The notes: generated by a model from the sequence alone, not told the origin. DNA of 64,000 bases from an uncultured Chloroflexia bacterium (GCA_963713975.1 OY970218.1:96001-160000), one strand, 5' to 3'. Shown: positions 1 to 9,681, numbered from the stretch's first letter. Translations and numbers: made by a program.

Positions 1-2
1 AG

Positions 3-503
3 TCCACGACCGAGATGCGGGCCGCCGTCATCGACGCCGTCATCGATCACCCCGCGGACGTCCTGGTCATGGCCGCCGCGGTCGCGGACTTCCGCCCCCG
101 GCAGGCCGCTGCCACCAAGCTCACCCGCGAGCAGGGGCTGGTCCTCGATCTCGAGCCCACCGAGGACATCCTCGCCGAGGTGGGGGTCCGCGCCCGGGAC
201 CTCGTGCCGCGCCCGGTGATCGTGGGCTTCGCCGCCGAGACCGGCTCGCTCGACCGCGCACCGGACAAGCTGCGCCGCAAGGGCGCCGACCTCCTCGTCG
301 CCAATGACGTCGCCGAGCCGGGCTCCGGGTTCGGCACCGAGACCAACCGCGTATCGATCCTCGCCGCCGACGGACCTCGAGAGGACCTGCCGCTGCTCTC
401 GAAGCGGGATGTCGCCGACCGGCTGCTTGACCGGGTGGCGGCCGCGTTGGACGAACGAGACACCCCGGCGCACACTGGCCCGACCATGGAGACCACCCGA
501 TGA
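3..503 (+). CDS. coaBC: Bifunctional phosphopantothenoylcysteine decarboxylase/ligase CoaBC, C-terminal part (truncated by window start)
   Basis: MAAAVADFRP, VGFAAET and LLVANDV...GFG.ETN motifs of the CoaB/DFP domain; stop overlaps the panB start (ATGA). Confidence 0.92.
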   Translation, partial: STTEMRAAVIDAVIDHPADVLVMAAAVADFRPRQAAATKLTREQGLVLDLEPTEDILAEVGVRARDLVPRPVIVGFAAETGSLDRAPDKLRRKGADLLVANDVAEPGSGFGTETNRVSILAADGPREDLPLLSKRDVADRLLDRVAAALDERDTPAHTGPTMETTR

Positions 504-1423
504 GCGCCCAGCCCGAGACCGTCCGCCGCCTGTCGGTCGTCGACATCGCCAAGCTCTACGCCGACGGCACGCGGATCGCGACGATCACCGCCTACGACTT
601 CCCGACCGCCGTGCTGGTCGACGAGGCGGGCATCCCGCTGATCCTCGTCGGCGACTCGCTGGCCCAGGTGATGCTGGGCTACGACACGACCGTCCGGGTG
701 ACGATGGACGAGATGCTCCATCACACCAAGGCCGTGGTCCGGGGCACGAAGCGGGCGCTCATTGTCGCCGACATGCCGTTCCTGTCCTACTCCACGGCCG
801 ACGACGCCGTGGCCAACGCCGGACGATTCCTTCGCGAGGGCGGCGTCCAGGCGGTCAAGGTCGAGGGTGGCGTGCGCAGCGCCAGGACGATCGAGGCGCT
901 GGTCCGCGCCGGCATCCCCGTCATGGGCCACATCGGGCTGACACCACAGGCGATCAACGCGATCGGCCGGGTCCGCGTCCAGGGCAAGAGCCGCGAGCAG
1001 GCACGCTCGCTGCTCGCCGACGCGCTGGCCGTCCAGGAGGCCGGGGCGTTCGCCATCGTCCTCGAGCTCGTGCCGGCCCAGCTGGCCCAGGCCATCACGG
1101 AGCGGCTGCACATCCCGACCATCGGGATCGGGGCCGGCAACGGGTGCTCCGGGCAGATCCAGGTGATCACCGACACGCTGGGCTTCGGCGACTGGACCCC
1201 GAAGCACGCGCGCAGGTACGCGGACCTCCGGACCACGATCCTGGATGCCGTCCGCGGCTACCGGGCAGACGTCGAGGCCGGGGCATTCCCGGGTCCCGAC
1301 GAGACCGTGCTGATGGATCCGGGCGTGCTGGACGAGGTCCTCGGCCGTTCGGCCGCCGATCGCGCGGAGGGTCGTGGCGAGGGCATGGACCTCGCCGGCA
1401 TCCCGCTCGACCGGGACCTCTAG
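500..1423 (+). CDS. panB: 3-methyl-2-oxobutanoate hydroxymethyltransferase
   Basis: TAYD, LVGDSL, ADMPFLSY, VKVEGG, MGHIGLTPQ and TIGIGAG motifs. Confidence 0.97.
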   Translation: MSAQPETVRRLSVVDIAKLYADGTRIATITAYDFPTAVLVDEAGIPLILVGDSLAQVMLGYDTTVRVTMDEMLHHTKAVVRGTKRALIVADMPFLSYSTADDAVANAGRFLREGGVQAVKVEGGVRSARTIEALVRAGIPVMGHIGLTPQAINAIGRVRVQGKSREQARSLLADALAVQEAGAFAIVLELVPAQLAQAITERLHIPTIGIGAGNGCSGQIQVITDTLGFGDWTPKHARRYADLRTTILDAVRGYRADVEAGAFPGPDETVLMDPGVLDEVLGRSAADRAEGRGEGMDLAGIPLDRDL

Positions 1424-1451
1424 CCGCACGCCCCGGCCCGTCCACAGCTCG

Positions 1452-2288
1452 ATGCAGGTCGTCCGCACCCGGGCCGCGCTCCGCGCCGCGCTGGCCGCCG
1501 CCCCGCGACCGGTGGGCTTCGTGCCGACGATGGGCTGGCTGCACACGGGGCACGTCTCGCTCGTGGAACGTGCGCGTACCGAGAACGCGACCGTGGTCGT
1601 GTCGATCTTCGTCAATCCGCGCCAGTTCGGCGAGGCGCAGGACTTCGCTCGCTATCCACGCAACGAGGCCCGCGACCTCTCGGTGTGCGAGACCTCCGGC
1701 GTCGATGTCGTGTTCGCCCCGGACGTGGAAGAGGTCTACGTGCCCGGGTTCGACACGCTCGTCGTGACGGGCGCGATCGCCGGTCCCCTCGAGGGCGCCG
1801 CGCGACCCGGCCACTTCGACGGCGTGGCCACCGTGGTCGCGATCCTGTTCTCGCTGGTCGGCGCGGAGCGCGCCTACTTCGGCATGAAGGACTACCAGCA
1901 GGTGCAGGTGATCCGGCGGACGGCCCTGGACCTCGCCCTGCCCACCGATGTGGTTCCGTGCGAGACAGTCCGTGAGCCGGACGGGCTGGCGATGTCGTCC
2001 CGCAACGCGCGGCTCACGCCGGCCGGACGCGCGGCCGCGCCCGTGCTGCACCGCGCGCTCCTCGCCGGTGCCGACCGCATCCGGTCCGGGGTCCGGGAGG
2101 CGGCCTCGGTCCGCGGCGCGATGCTGGCGGTCCTGGGCGCCGAGCCCGCGGCGACCGTCGACTACGTCTCGGTCTCAGATCCCGACACGCTGCGGGAGCT
2201 GGACGCGGTCGTGGACGGCCGGGCGCTGCTCTCGCTGGCCGCCAGGATCGATGACGTCCGCCTGATCGACAACGAGCAGATCGGCTAG
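1452..2288 (+). CDS. panC: Pantoate-beta-alanine ligase
   Basis: GFVPTMGWLHTGH, SIFVNPRQF, RPGHFDGV, FGMKDYQQ, GLAMSSRN and RLIDN motifs; start placed at ATG 1452 (MQVVRT). Confidence 0.96.
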   Translation: MQVVRTRAALRAALAAAPRPVGFVPTMGWLHTGHVSLVERARTENATVVVSIFVNPRQFGEAQDFARYPRNEARDLSVCETSGVDVVFAPDVEEVYVPGFDTLVVTGAIAGPLEGAARPGHFDGVATVVAILFSLVGAERAYFGMKDYQQVQVIRRTALDLALPTDVVPCETVREPDGLAMSSRNARLTPAGRAAAPVLHRALLAGADRIRSGVREAASVRGAMLAVLGAEPAATVDYVSVSDPDTLRELDAVVDGRALLSLAARIDDVRLIDNEQIG

Positions 2289-2452
2289 GGCGGCGGCCGG
2301 GCGGCCGGCCGGCTACGCCTCCGCGGTGGTGCCCCCACAGATTCGGCACGACGTCCGGCCCTGTCGCGGCACGGTGCGAGCCGTTACGCTCGCGACCGTC
2401 GCCAAGGGCGTAGCGTGACCTCGCCAGCCCTTAGGCGCTCATCGGGCGGCAC

Positions 2453-3688
2453 GTGGTGACGCCAGGTCGAACCGGGACCAACGCACTCCCCAGGTGGCCA
2501 CGCAGCGTGGTCGTCCTCGTGATGGCGCTGGCGGCCTGCAACGCCAGCCCGGCGATCTCGCCCAGCAGTGCCACGCCGCCCATGGTGGCGGCACCGGACG
2601 TGGCGCCTCTGACGCCTCTCAGGACCACGACCGCGACTCCGGTCGCGACACCCCGGAGGCTCACGGCGCCCCCCTCGGCGACAGACGCACCCGGGGCGTA
2701 TCCGCTGGCCCAACCGGGTCTGTACGGCGTGGGCATGCGCTGGCTCCCCACGCTCACCGACCCGGCCCGTGGTGATCGCCCGGTCACGATCCGCGCCTGG
2801 TATCCCACCGCTCCGGGGCCGGCGCCTGCCGGCACGCCCGGGTTCGTGCTGGATGCGCGACCCGACCCGAGCGGCGGACCTTACCCCGTCATCCTGTCGT
2901 CGTCGAAGGTCGCGGAGATCTTCGCCCCATACCTGGTCAGCCATGGCTTCACCTGGATCAGCGTCGACGGGCTCGACGCCTATCCCAGGATGAGCCTTGA
3001 GATGATCGACCAGCCGCTCGACATCCTGTTCGCGCTGGACGGCGTCGCGTCCGATCCGCCCGACGGCCTCGAGGGCATGCTCGACACCGGGCATGCCGGC
3101 GTCATCGGCTACTCCTTCGACGGATACAACGCGCTGGCGATGAGCGGGGCTCGGATCGACCCCGCGTACTACCTGGCCAACTGCCCCACCCCGGACGCGA
3201 CTACGGCGCCGTTCGTGGGCTGGCTGAGCGCCTTCGACTGCGCCCCGGCCCTCGAATGGGAGACGTACGTCCAGCGCGCGGGAACCGACATCGCGCCCGG
3301 CAAGGACGGCCTGTGGCGACCGATGTCGGACGAACGGATACGCGCGGCGATGCCGATGGCCGCCGAGGGCTGGTGGCTGTTCGGCGAGCGCGGGCTCGCG
3401 GCGGCGGACCGGCCGGTCCTGATGCTGGCGGCCACGGGAGATTCCCTGTACGCAGAGAACGTGACGATCTACGACCACCTGAGAACGTCCGACAGGACGT
3501 TCATCTCGTTCCGGGGTCCGGATCACATGATGGTCTACGACCGGCAGATGGTGGAACGCATGGCGCACTTCGCGACCGCCTTCTTCGGCCACCGCCTCGC
3601 AGGCCGAGCGGAGCTGGCGCGCCTCTACTCCCAGGACTTCGTGGCCGGGCACGATGACCTGGCCTGGGGGACCGTCCCGCCCGGTTGA
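2453..3688 (+). CDS. Putative lipoprotein, alpha/beta hydrolase (dienelactone hydrolase/PAF-acetylhydrolase-like)
   Basis: Lipobox-like LAAC after a hydrophobic stretch, Pro/Thr linker, WYP motif, nucleophile elbow GYSFDG, late Asp and His (ATGD, PDHM). Confidence 0.72.
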   Translation: MVTPGRTGTNALPRWPRSVVVLVMALAACNASPAISPSSATPPMVAAPDVAPLTPLRTTTATPVATPRRLTAPPSATDAPGAYPLAQPGLYGVGMRWLPTLTDPARGDRPVTIRAWYPTAPGPAPAGTPGFVLDARPDPSGGPYPVILSSSKVAEIFAPYLVSHGFTWISVDGLDAYPRMSLEMIDQPLDILFALDGVASDPPDGLEGMLDTGHAGVIGYSFDGYNALAMSGARIDPAYYLANCPTPDATTAPFVGWLSAFDCAPALEWETYVQRAGTDIAPGKDGLWRPMSDERIRAAMPMAAEGWWLFGERGLAAADRPVLMLAATGDSLYAENVTIYDHLRTSDRTFISFRGPDHMMVYDRQMVERMAHFATAFFGHRLAGRAELARLYSQDFVAGHDDLAWGTVPPG

Positions 3689-3759
3689 CCTTCGGCCGAC
3701 GCCGGTGAGCGATCAATGCTGGACGGGTCTGGCACCGCCCGCGCGGCCGCGCAACGCGG

Positions 3760-4920
3760 CTACGCCTCCGCGGTGGCAGTCGTCGGCACCACGGGCCGAC
3801 GCGCGATCGCCAGCCAGACCATCGCGGCCCCAGCCGCCGCGATCACCCCGCCAACCGGGTACACCGCCCACAGGCCGCCGATTGCGGCCACCTGTCCAGC
3901 CATGATCGCCCCGGCAATGGTCCCGACAGCGAACGCCGTGCTGCCGAACAGGGCCTGGGCCGTCGCCTGCAGGCGCCCGGGAATGCGGGCCGCCACGTAG
4001 CTCGCCGTCCCTACCATCGCCAGCGCATATCCGCTGCCTCCCAGGGAGGTGAACGCGATGAACGTCAGCGGGTCGTCCGCGACCGTCCAGAACACCGCCC
4101 GGACGACGAACAGCAGCGCGCCGATCACGATCAGCCGCTCCACCCCGATCCGGCCCGCGAACCGCGCGAACAGGATCATCATCGGCACCTCGAACAGCGC
4201 CGACGTCGCCCAGCCGATGCCCACCAGCCGCAAGTCCCCGCCCAGTTCCACGATCCGCAGCGAGAACAGCGTCATGGAGCCCACCCCGGCCGTCCACATG
4301 ACACACGACCCGGCGAAGAAGAGCGCGAGACCCGGCAGGCGGAGGAGGCCCGTCGCTGCTCCCGGGCCCACGCCACCCACCCTTGGGACCCCGCGCGGCC
4401 GGCCGAGCAGCGCCATCGCCGCGATCCCGGCGCCGGCCATCGCCACCGCGTACACCACGAACAGCATCTGGAGGTCGCTCGCGGCGATCAGGATCCCGGT
4501 CCCGATCGTCCCGACCATAAACGAGATGGATCCTGCGACGCGCGCCTGACCGAAGCGCTCCCGCTGCGGCCACAGACGCTGGATCGTCCGGGCGTCGATG
4601 AGCGGCGCCAGACCCGCTGTGCCAATTGAGAGCATCAGGACCGCCAGCGCCAGCCAGGGCATCCCGGGCGCTGTAGCCAGCCCGACCCCGGCCAGCGCGG
4701 CCCAGATCGCCGCCACCAGGTACGGGACGCGCATGTCGCCCAGCCGGTCTGCGACAAGACCCCACGCCGGGGAAGCGGGGATGGCGACGGCGGCGGGAAC
4801 CGCCGCCAGGACGCCGATGATGGCGATGTCGATGCCCAGGGCCTCGAAGTACACGGCCGCGTACGCCGTCCACGCCCCGATGGCGACGAACTGGAAGCCG
4901 TACACCACCCACGAGGGCAC
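3760..4920 (-). CDS. MFS transporter (MFS_1-like, nucleoside/phenylpropionate permease type)
   Basis: About 12 hydrophobic segments; WGLVADRLG and FAGRIG loop motifs. Confidence 0.85.
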   Translation of the reverse strand: MPSWVVYGFQFVAIGAWTAYAAVYFEALGIDIAIIGVLAAVPAAVAIPASPAWGLVADRLGDMRVPYLVAAIWAALAGVGLATAPGMPWLALAVLMLSIGTAGLAPLIDARTIQRLWPQRERFGQARVAGSISFMVGTIGTGILIAASDLQMLFVVYAVAMAGAGIAAMALLGRPRGVPRVGGVGPGAATGLLRLPGLALFFAGSCVMWTAGVGSMTLFSLRIVELGGDLRLVGIGWATSALFEVPMMILFARFAGRIGVERLIVIGALLFVVRAVFWTVADDPLTFIAFTSLGGSGYALAMVGTASYVAARIPGRLQATAQALFGSTAFAVGTIAGAIMAGQVAAIGGLWAVYPVGGVIAAAGAAMVWLAIARRPVVPTTATAEA

Positions 4921-5024
4921 GATTGACTGTGGCCTGGTCTGGGCACCATGGATCGCGCCGGGCGCAGGGACGTCGCTGGCGGAGGCGGCGCCGGGGGCCA
5001 GATCAGCGGCGGGCTGCGTATCCG

Positions 5025-6197
5025 TCAGTCGAACCGCGCGGTGGTCGCGGCCTCCAGGAACCGATCCATCTCCAGGTGCTCCCAGACCAGGCTCTTGATC
5101 AACTCGATCTTGCCGGTGTCGGCGGCGTGGGTCTTGACGAGGAGATCGTGGACCTCCGAAGCCACCGTGTAGGTGTCCTCGTCCACGAGGGCGGCGAACA
5201 TGCCCGCGTGGCGAACGGCCGCGAGGACATCCGGCCGCAGCCCGTAGCCCCCGGTCAGCACGATTCCCAGGACCTTGCTCTCGGGGCCCGCACCGATCGC
5301 ACCGGGCGTCTCGCCCATGAGGGCCTCGAGGTGCTCGAGGGCGGCCGGCCGGGGCGGAGCGTCCGCGATGTGCGCCGCGGCCAGGGTGAGGATCACGTCC
5401 TCACGGTCGGCGGGGACGATGACCAGGGTGCCCGGCCCCACCCGGGCCAGCATGTGGTGCGGCTCCATCGCCCCGATTGCAACCCCTTCGATCACGCGGT
5501 CCAGGTCCGGTCCCTCGCAGATCACACGGCCCCGGACCCCCGCGAGGACCATACCCAGGGTGGGGCTCGAGAGGATGGGCCGGTAGGGCAGCACGCCGAG
5601 CAGCGGGATCCCGTGCAGCGCGAGACCGCGCTCCAGCGTCCGCTCGATGCCCGGCTGCTCGTCGGTGCGGACCTTGTTGACGATCGCCCCCGCCACGGGT
5701 ACGCCGTGGGCCTCGAAGTGCGAGGCGTTGAGGACGATCTCGTCGATGGGCCGGCCGACCCCGCCCTCGGAGACGATGACCACAGGAGCACGCAGCATCG
5801 ATGCGACGCGGGCGTTCGAGAGCCCCACCACGGCGCCGACCCCCGCGTGGCCCGTGCCCTCGATCAGCAGGATGTCGTGGCTCGCGAAGACCCGGTGCGC
5901 GGCGAGGATCCGTGCCCCCAGGTCCTCGACCACCTCGCCCCCGATGTACTTCTTGGTGAACCCACGCGGGAGGTGCACCGGGCTCATCGCGGAGAACGGT
6001 TCCGCCAGGTCGAAGACCGTCCGCATCAGGAACGCGTCCTCGTCGGTCGGCCGGCCGTCCACGACCACGGCCCGCTGGCCGACGGGCTTGGTGAAGCCGG
6101 TGTGGTATCCGCGCCGGCAGAACCCGTCGATCAGCCCCAGCGAGGTCGTGGTCTTGCCGCGGTTCTGGCCGGTCGCCGCGAGGAACAGGTGACGCAC
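5025..6197 (-). CDS. BioD-like P-loop (AAA_26) + DRTGG domain protein; stand-alone equivalent of the phosphotransacetylase N-terminal region
   Basis: N-terminal GQNRGKTT P-loop, FTKPVG, LLIEGTGH, GAIVNKV and LVIVPADREDV (DRTGG-like); no PTA catalytic domain. Confidence 0.82.
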   Translation of the reverse strand: MRHLFLAATGQNRGKTTTSLGLIDGFCRRGYHTGFTKPVGQRAVVVDGRPTDEDAFLMRTVFDLAEPFSAMSPVHLPRGFTKKYIGGEVVEDLGARILAAHRVFASHDILLIEGTGHAGVGAVVGLSNARVASMLRAPVVIVSEGGVGRPIDEIVLNASHFEAHGVPVAGAIVNKVRTDEQPGIERTLERGLALHGIPLLGVLPYRPILSSPTLGMVLAGVRGRVICEGPDLDRVIEGVAIGAMEPHHMLARVGPGTLVIVPADREDVILTLAAAHIADAPPRPAALEHLEALMGETPGAIGAGPESKVLGIVLTGGYGLRPDVLAAVRHAGMFAALVDEDTYTVASEVHDLLVKTHAADTGKIELIKSLVWEHLEMDRFLEAATTARFD

Positions 6198-6213
6198 GGC
6201 GGGGCCGGCCCCG

Positions 6214-6819
6214 TCAGCCGCGCGAGGCCGTCTTGCGCTCGATCAGGGCGAGTGCCTCGCGCAGGCGCGTGAGCGATTCCTCGTCCACGCTGTCCGGCTC
6301 GAGATAGGGCCCGAGGCGCTCCATGATGTCGGTCACGAGGCCCAGGAAGACGGCAGCGTCGGCCACGAAGAACTGCGGCTCGTTGTTGTAGCGGACCATC
6401 GTGAGCCGGCCCTGCAGCACCCGGCGCTCCTCCACGTGGGCGACCTGGGTGCTGAAGTTGTGGCCCTGGATGCCGTCGGGGTTGTTGAGGAAGTTGAGCG
6501 CGTTGTCGATCGCCAAGCCGAAGCGGGCGCGCCATGCGACCAGCCGCTCGTAGACCTCCGGCGGGATCCGGACCTCCGCGACCTCCTCGAACACCTCGGG
6601 AGCCACCGTGACCAGGCCCACGAGGGTGGTGCCGGCGCGGGCACCCAGCATCACCTGGAGGCTGCGCTCCAGGGTGAACACCTCGGAGTCGAAGCGCGGG
6701 CTCGTGATGACGTCGGTCAGCAGGTCCTCGACGTTGTCCAGGCTGCCCGGGTCGTTGACGGCGTCGGCGAGATGGAGGATCTCCTCCTTGAAGAGGAACT
6801 TCTCCTCGTGGTCAAGCAT
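6214..6819 (-). CDS. Hypothetical acidic cytoplasmic protein (201 aa)
   Basis: Protein-like composition with strong GC3 bias from ATG 6819 (MLDHEEKFLF); TACCAT -10 element 6 nt upstream; co-oriented 16 bp upstream of the DRTGG gene. Confidence 0.8.
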   Translation of the reverse strand: MLDHEEKFLFKEEILHLADAVNDPGSLDNVEDLLTDVITSPRFDSEVFTLERSLQVMLGARAGTTLVGLVTVAPEVFEEVAEVRIPPEVYERLVAWRARFGLAIDNALNFLNNPDGIQGHNFSTQVAHVEERRVLQGRLTMVRYNNEPQFFVADAAVFLGLVTDIMERLGPYLEPDSVDEESLTRLREALALIERKTASRG

Positions 6820-7158
6820 GGCGCGATGGTAACAGGGGCCGACGCTCGCTCGAGCCGGTTGTCCCTGCTCGGGTTGGTCCCTGATCCGGGCCCGGGCGTC
6901 GGCCTCTGGGCGCGGACCGGACGTGCGACCGGCCCCAGTCGCTCGGCGGCTCCCGGAGCCATGGGACCACGGCCCGGAACTGGGGCTTGGCGATCGCATT
7001 TCCAGGCGCGCACCCGGTCCGGGTCGAGGCGACGCGGTTGCGGATGCCACCCGTGGAGCGCGACACGGCGATGATCCTGCTGCCCTCGACGCGCATGAGC
7101 TGCGCGGCAATGGCGCCCGCGATACTTGTTCTCAGGAGCCCGGGGGTCGGCGGTTGAC

Positions 7159-7953
7159 TCAGGGGCGGTGAGGTCCGGAGCGAGATGAACCGTGTTGCAG
7201 CAACCGGGCGGCTCGCGCAGGAGTCATGAAGAGCGCGACGAGGAATGCCGCGAGTCCGACAGTCCATGGGAGCCCCGTGCCGATCCCGTGGCTCGGTGAC
7301 TGCTCAGGGCTGGTCACGGAAGGCGCCGTGTCGGTCGGGGGCGGCGCTGCCGCGATCGCCCGGACCTCCGCCGCGCTCAACCGTTCCATCCTGGGCAGGA
7401 AGAAGTGATGGGGGCGCGAGGGCTTGACGAACGCGACCGCCGTGATCGTGCGACGCTGCCCCGGCAGATGGGCGCCATAGGCGAGCGCCAGCCGTTCGCC
7501 CACCCTGCGTACCGTGAGTGAGGAGTCTCCGGGGCAGATCGTCTCCGGCAGGCCGGAGTGCAGCGCCGCGATCTCGAGCTCATTCGGCGCCGTCCCACGG
7601 AGGACCTCGTCGACGCGCAGCATGAAGCGGTTGTTGATCCTGCCGCCCGGCGTCCAGGTGACGGTGCCGATGAGGATCGTCGTCGCGCTGGGGGCCGCCT
7701 GCCGGAACGAGGGCCACGGGTCGAGTTGCGAGCAGTCCGCCAACGCCGCGGAGGGCGTCGCCATCGATAGGGGCCCGAGACTCAGCGTCGCCACGACGAG
7801 CGTGACCACCGGACGCATGCGGCTAAGCGCGGGGCCCGGCAGCAGGAGCCCAGCCGCCAACGCGGTTGCGGCGAACCGTGAGACGGCCGCCGCCAATGAT
7901 GACGGGATCCTGCGCCGAGCTCTTGCCACGACCGCCGCGTTCGACTGCTTCAT
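7159..7953 (-). CDS. Secreted/membrane-anchored hypothetical protein (TIMP/NTR-like domain, C-terminal PPTDT motif + TM helix)
   Basis: GGAGGAGG RBS before ATG 7953; signal-like region ending ALA-DC; ILIGTV...LRVDEVLRG pattern; C-terminal hydrophobic helix with a basic tail. Alternative start at the internal Met of MRPVV. Confidence 0.6.
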   Translation of the reverse strand: MKQSNAAVVARARRRIPSSLAAAVSRFAATALAAGLLLPGPALSRMRPVVTLVVATLSLGPLSMATPSAALADCSQLDPWPSFRQAAPSATTILIGTVTWTPGGRINNRFMLRVDEVLRGTAPNELEIAALHSGLPETICPGDSSLTVRRVGERLALAYGAHLPGQRRTITAVAFVKPSRPHHFFLPRMERLSAAEVRAIAAAPPPTDTAPSVTSPEQSPSHGIGTGLPWTVGLAAFLVALFMTPARAARLLQHGSSRSGPHRP

Positions 7954-8072
7954 CCGACGCCTCCTCCCAATGAGTCGGGCCCCTTGCCGTCGATGGGCAC
8001 AGTGAAACAAGGAAGGCCCCCGGGCAGTGCCACTCGACCTTCGCAGCTGTCGTCGTGAGGTCCTCGGAAACG

Positions 8073-8102
8073 CCACCGGCCCGGGCGAACCCGGGCCGGT
8101 GG
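8073..8102 (-). terminator. Hairpin terminator downstream of gdhA
   Basis: Perfect 13-bp stem CCACCGGCCCGGG / CCCGGGCCGGTGG with a UUCG loop on the minus strand, followed by CGTTT. Confidence 0.75.
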
Positions 8103-8139
8103 AATGCTCGTCTGGCGGCCGTCAACGGTCGCGGTGGAG

Positions 8140-9405
8140 TTACGGGTAGAGGCCGCGGAGGGCGGTGGCGTCGGCGACGCGCTTGACGGCAACGAGGTAC
8201 GCCGCCGTCCGCATGTCCACTTCCTGGAGCTTCGCCATCGCGAGGACCTCCGCGAAGGAGCGGTCCATGATCTCCTTGAGCTTGGCGTTGACGACGGCCT
8301 CGCTCCAGTGGTCGCGGTTGAGGTCCTGGACCCACTCGAAGTAGCTGACGGTCACGCCGCCGGCGTTCGCGAGGATGTCCGGGATCATGAACACGCCCTT
8401 CTTCGCCAGGATCCGGTCGGCCTCCGGTGTCGTGGGGCCGTTGGCGGCCTCGGCGACGATCCTGGCCTTCACGTTGTCGGCGTTGGCGACCGTGATCTGG
8501 TTCTCGTAGGCGGCCGGGATCAGGATGTCGCAGGGCAGCTCGAGCAGCTCCCCGTTGGTGATCGTCGTGGTGCCCGGGAAGCCGACGACGGTGCCGTGCT
8601 CCTTCTTCCAGGACAGGACGCGGTCGACATCGAGACCGTTCGGGTTCGTGATGGCACCGCCGGTGTCGGAGACGGCGATGATCTTCGAGCCTTCGTCGGC
8701 CATGAGCCGCGCGGCGATGGAACCGGCGTTCCCGAAGCCCTGGACGACCGTTGTCGACGTCGCGAGGTCGAGGCCGACCTGCGCCGCCGCGTCCACGATC
8801 GTGAACACGCAGCCGCGGGCGGTCGCCTCGTTGCGCCCTTCCGATCCGCCGAGGCTGATCGGCTTGCCGGTGACCACGCCCGGGACCGTGTAGCCCGCGT
8901 GCATGGAGTAGGTGTCCATGAACCAGGCCATGATCTGCGGCGTAGTGTTGACGTCCGGCGCCGGGATGTCGCGCTCGGGTCCGATCAGCACCGAGATCTC
9001 GGTGAAGTACCGGCGGCTGAGGCCCTCGAGCTCCTTCTGGGACAGCTTCTTGGGGTCGACGCTGACGCCGCCCTTGCCGCCGCCGTACGGGATGCCGACC
9101 ACTGCGCACTTCCAGGTCATCCACATCGCGAGGGCCTTGACCTCGTCGAGGGTGACGTCCTGGTGGTAGCGGATACCACCCTTGGCGGGGCCGCGGGTCA
9201 GGTTGTGCTGCACGCGGTAGCCCGCGAACACCTCGACAGTCCCGTCGTCCATGTGGACCGGGAAGTGGACGGTGAGCTCGCGGCGCGGCTCGCGCAGGAC
9301 GCGACGCAGACCCGGGTCGAGATTGAGCATTTCGGCAGCAAGGTCGAACTGCTGCTGGGCAACCTGCCAGGCGTTGATGGCCGCCGTAGCGTTTTCCGTG
9401 GTCAT
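8140..9405 (-). CDS. gdhA: Glu/Leu/Phe/Val dehydrogenase (glutamate dehydrogenase)
   Basis: GYRVQHN, GPAKGGIRY, GGGKGG, DIPAPDVNT, VVTGKP, QGFGNAG, AEAANGPTT and NAGGVTVSYFEWVQ motifs. Confidence 0.95.
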   Translation of the reverse strand: MTTENATAAINAWQVAQQQFDLAAEMLNLDPGLRRVLREPRRELTVHFPVHMDDGTVEVFAGYRVQHNLTRGPAKGGIRYHQDVTLDEVKALAMWMTWKCAVVGIPYGGGKGGVSVDPKKLSQKELEGLSRRYFTEISVLIGPERDIPAPDVNTTPQIMAWFMDTYSMHAGYTVPGVVTGKPISLGGSEGRNEATARGCVFTIVDAAAQVGLDLATSTTVVQGFGNAGSIAARLMADEGSKIIAVSDTGGAITNPNGLDVDRVLSWKKEHGTVVGFPGTTTITNGELLELPCDILIPAAYENQITVANADNVKARIVAEAANGPTTPEADRILAKKGVFMIPDILANAGGVTVSYFEWVQDLNRDHWSEAVVNAKLKEIMDRSFAEVLAMAKLQEVDMRTAAYLVAVKRVADATALRGLYP

Positions 9406-9542
9406 GGAGTGGACGATCCTCGTGGCGGGACGGTGGACGCCGCCCCTTGTGCTTGGGCCATCTTCCGGACGACCCCACGGGGGCGTGTGCGCCGCCGGCC
9501 TTGGCATGGCCGACCGGGCGTACACGTCGCCTCTGGGGATCG

Positions 9543-9548
9543 AGTATA
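9543..9548 (-). promoter_or_regulatory. -10 element (TATACT) of the gdhA promoter
   Basis: Near-consensus hexamer in an otherwise GC-rich intergenic region, about 137 nt upstream of the ATG. Confidence 0.6.
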
Positions 9549-9681
9549 GCCGCGGAGGCCCGTCGACCATGGGCCGACCGTCACCCGGCCGCAACCAATC
9601 CGTCACCCTGCCGTCCCTGTCGAGTGGCAGGGGTCGACGGCGCTCCCGAGCGGCTCGAACCGACCGGCAGCCCTGCCCGGA

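Noticed and set aside
1424-2452. Absence of panD after panB-panC
   Set aside because: panD is frequently elsewhere in the genome or replaced; nothing can be concluded from one window.
7954-8070. Possible riboswitch upstream of the TIMP-like gene
   Set aside because: Some pairing is possible (GGGCC..CCTTG / CAAGG.GGCCC), but I recognise no riboswitch consensus and such stems are common at this GC content.
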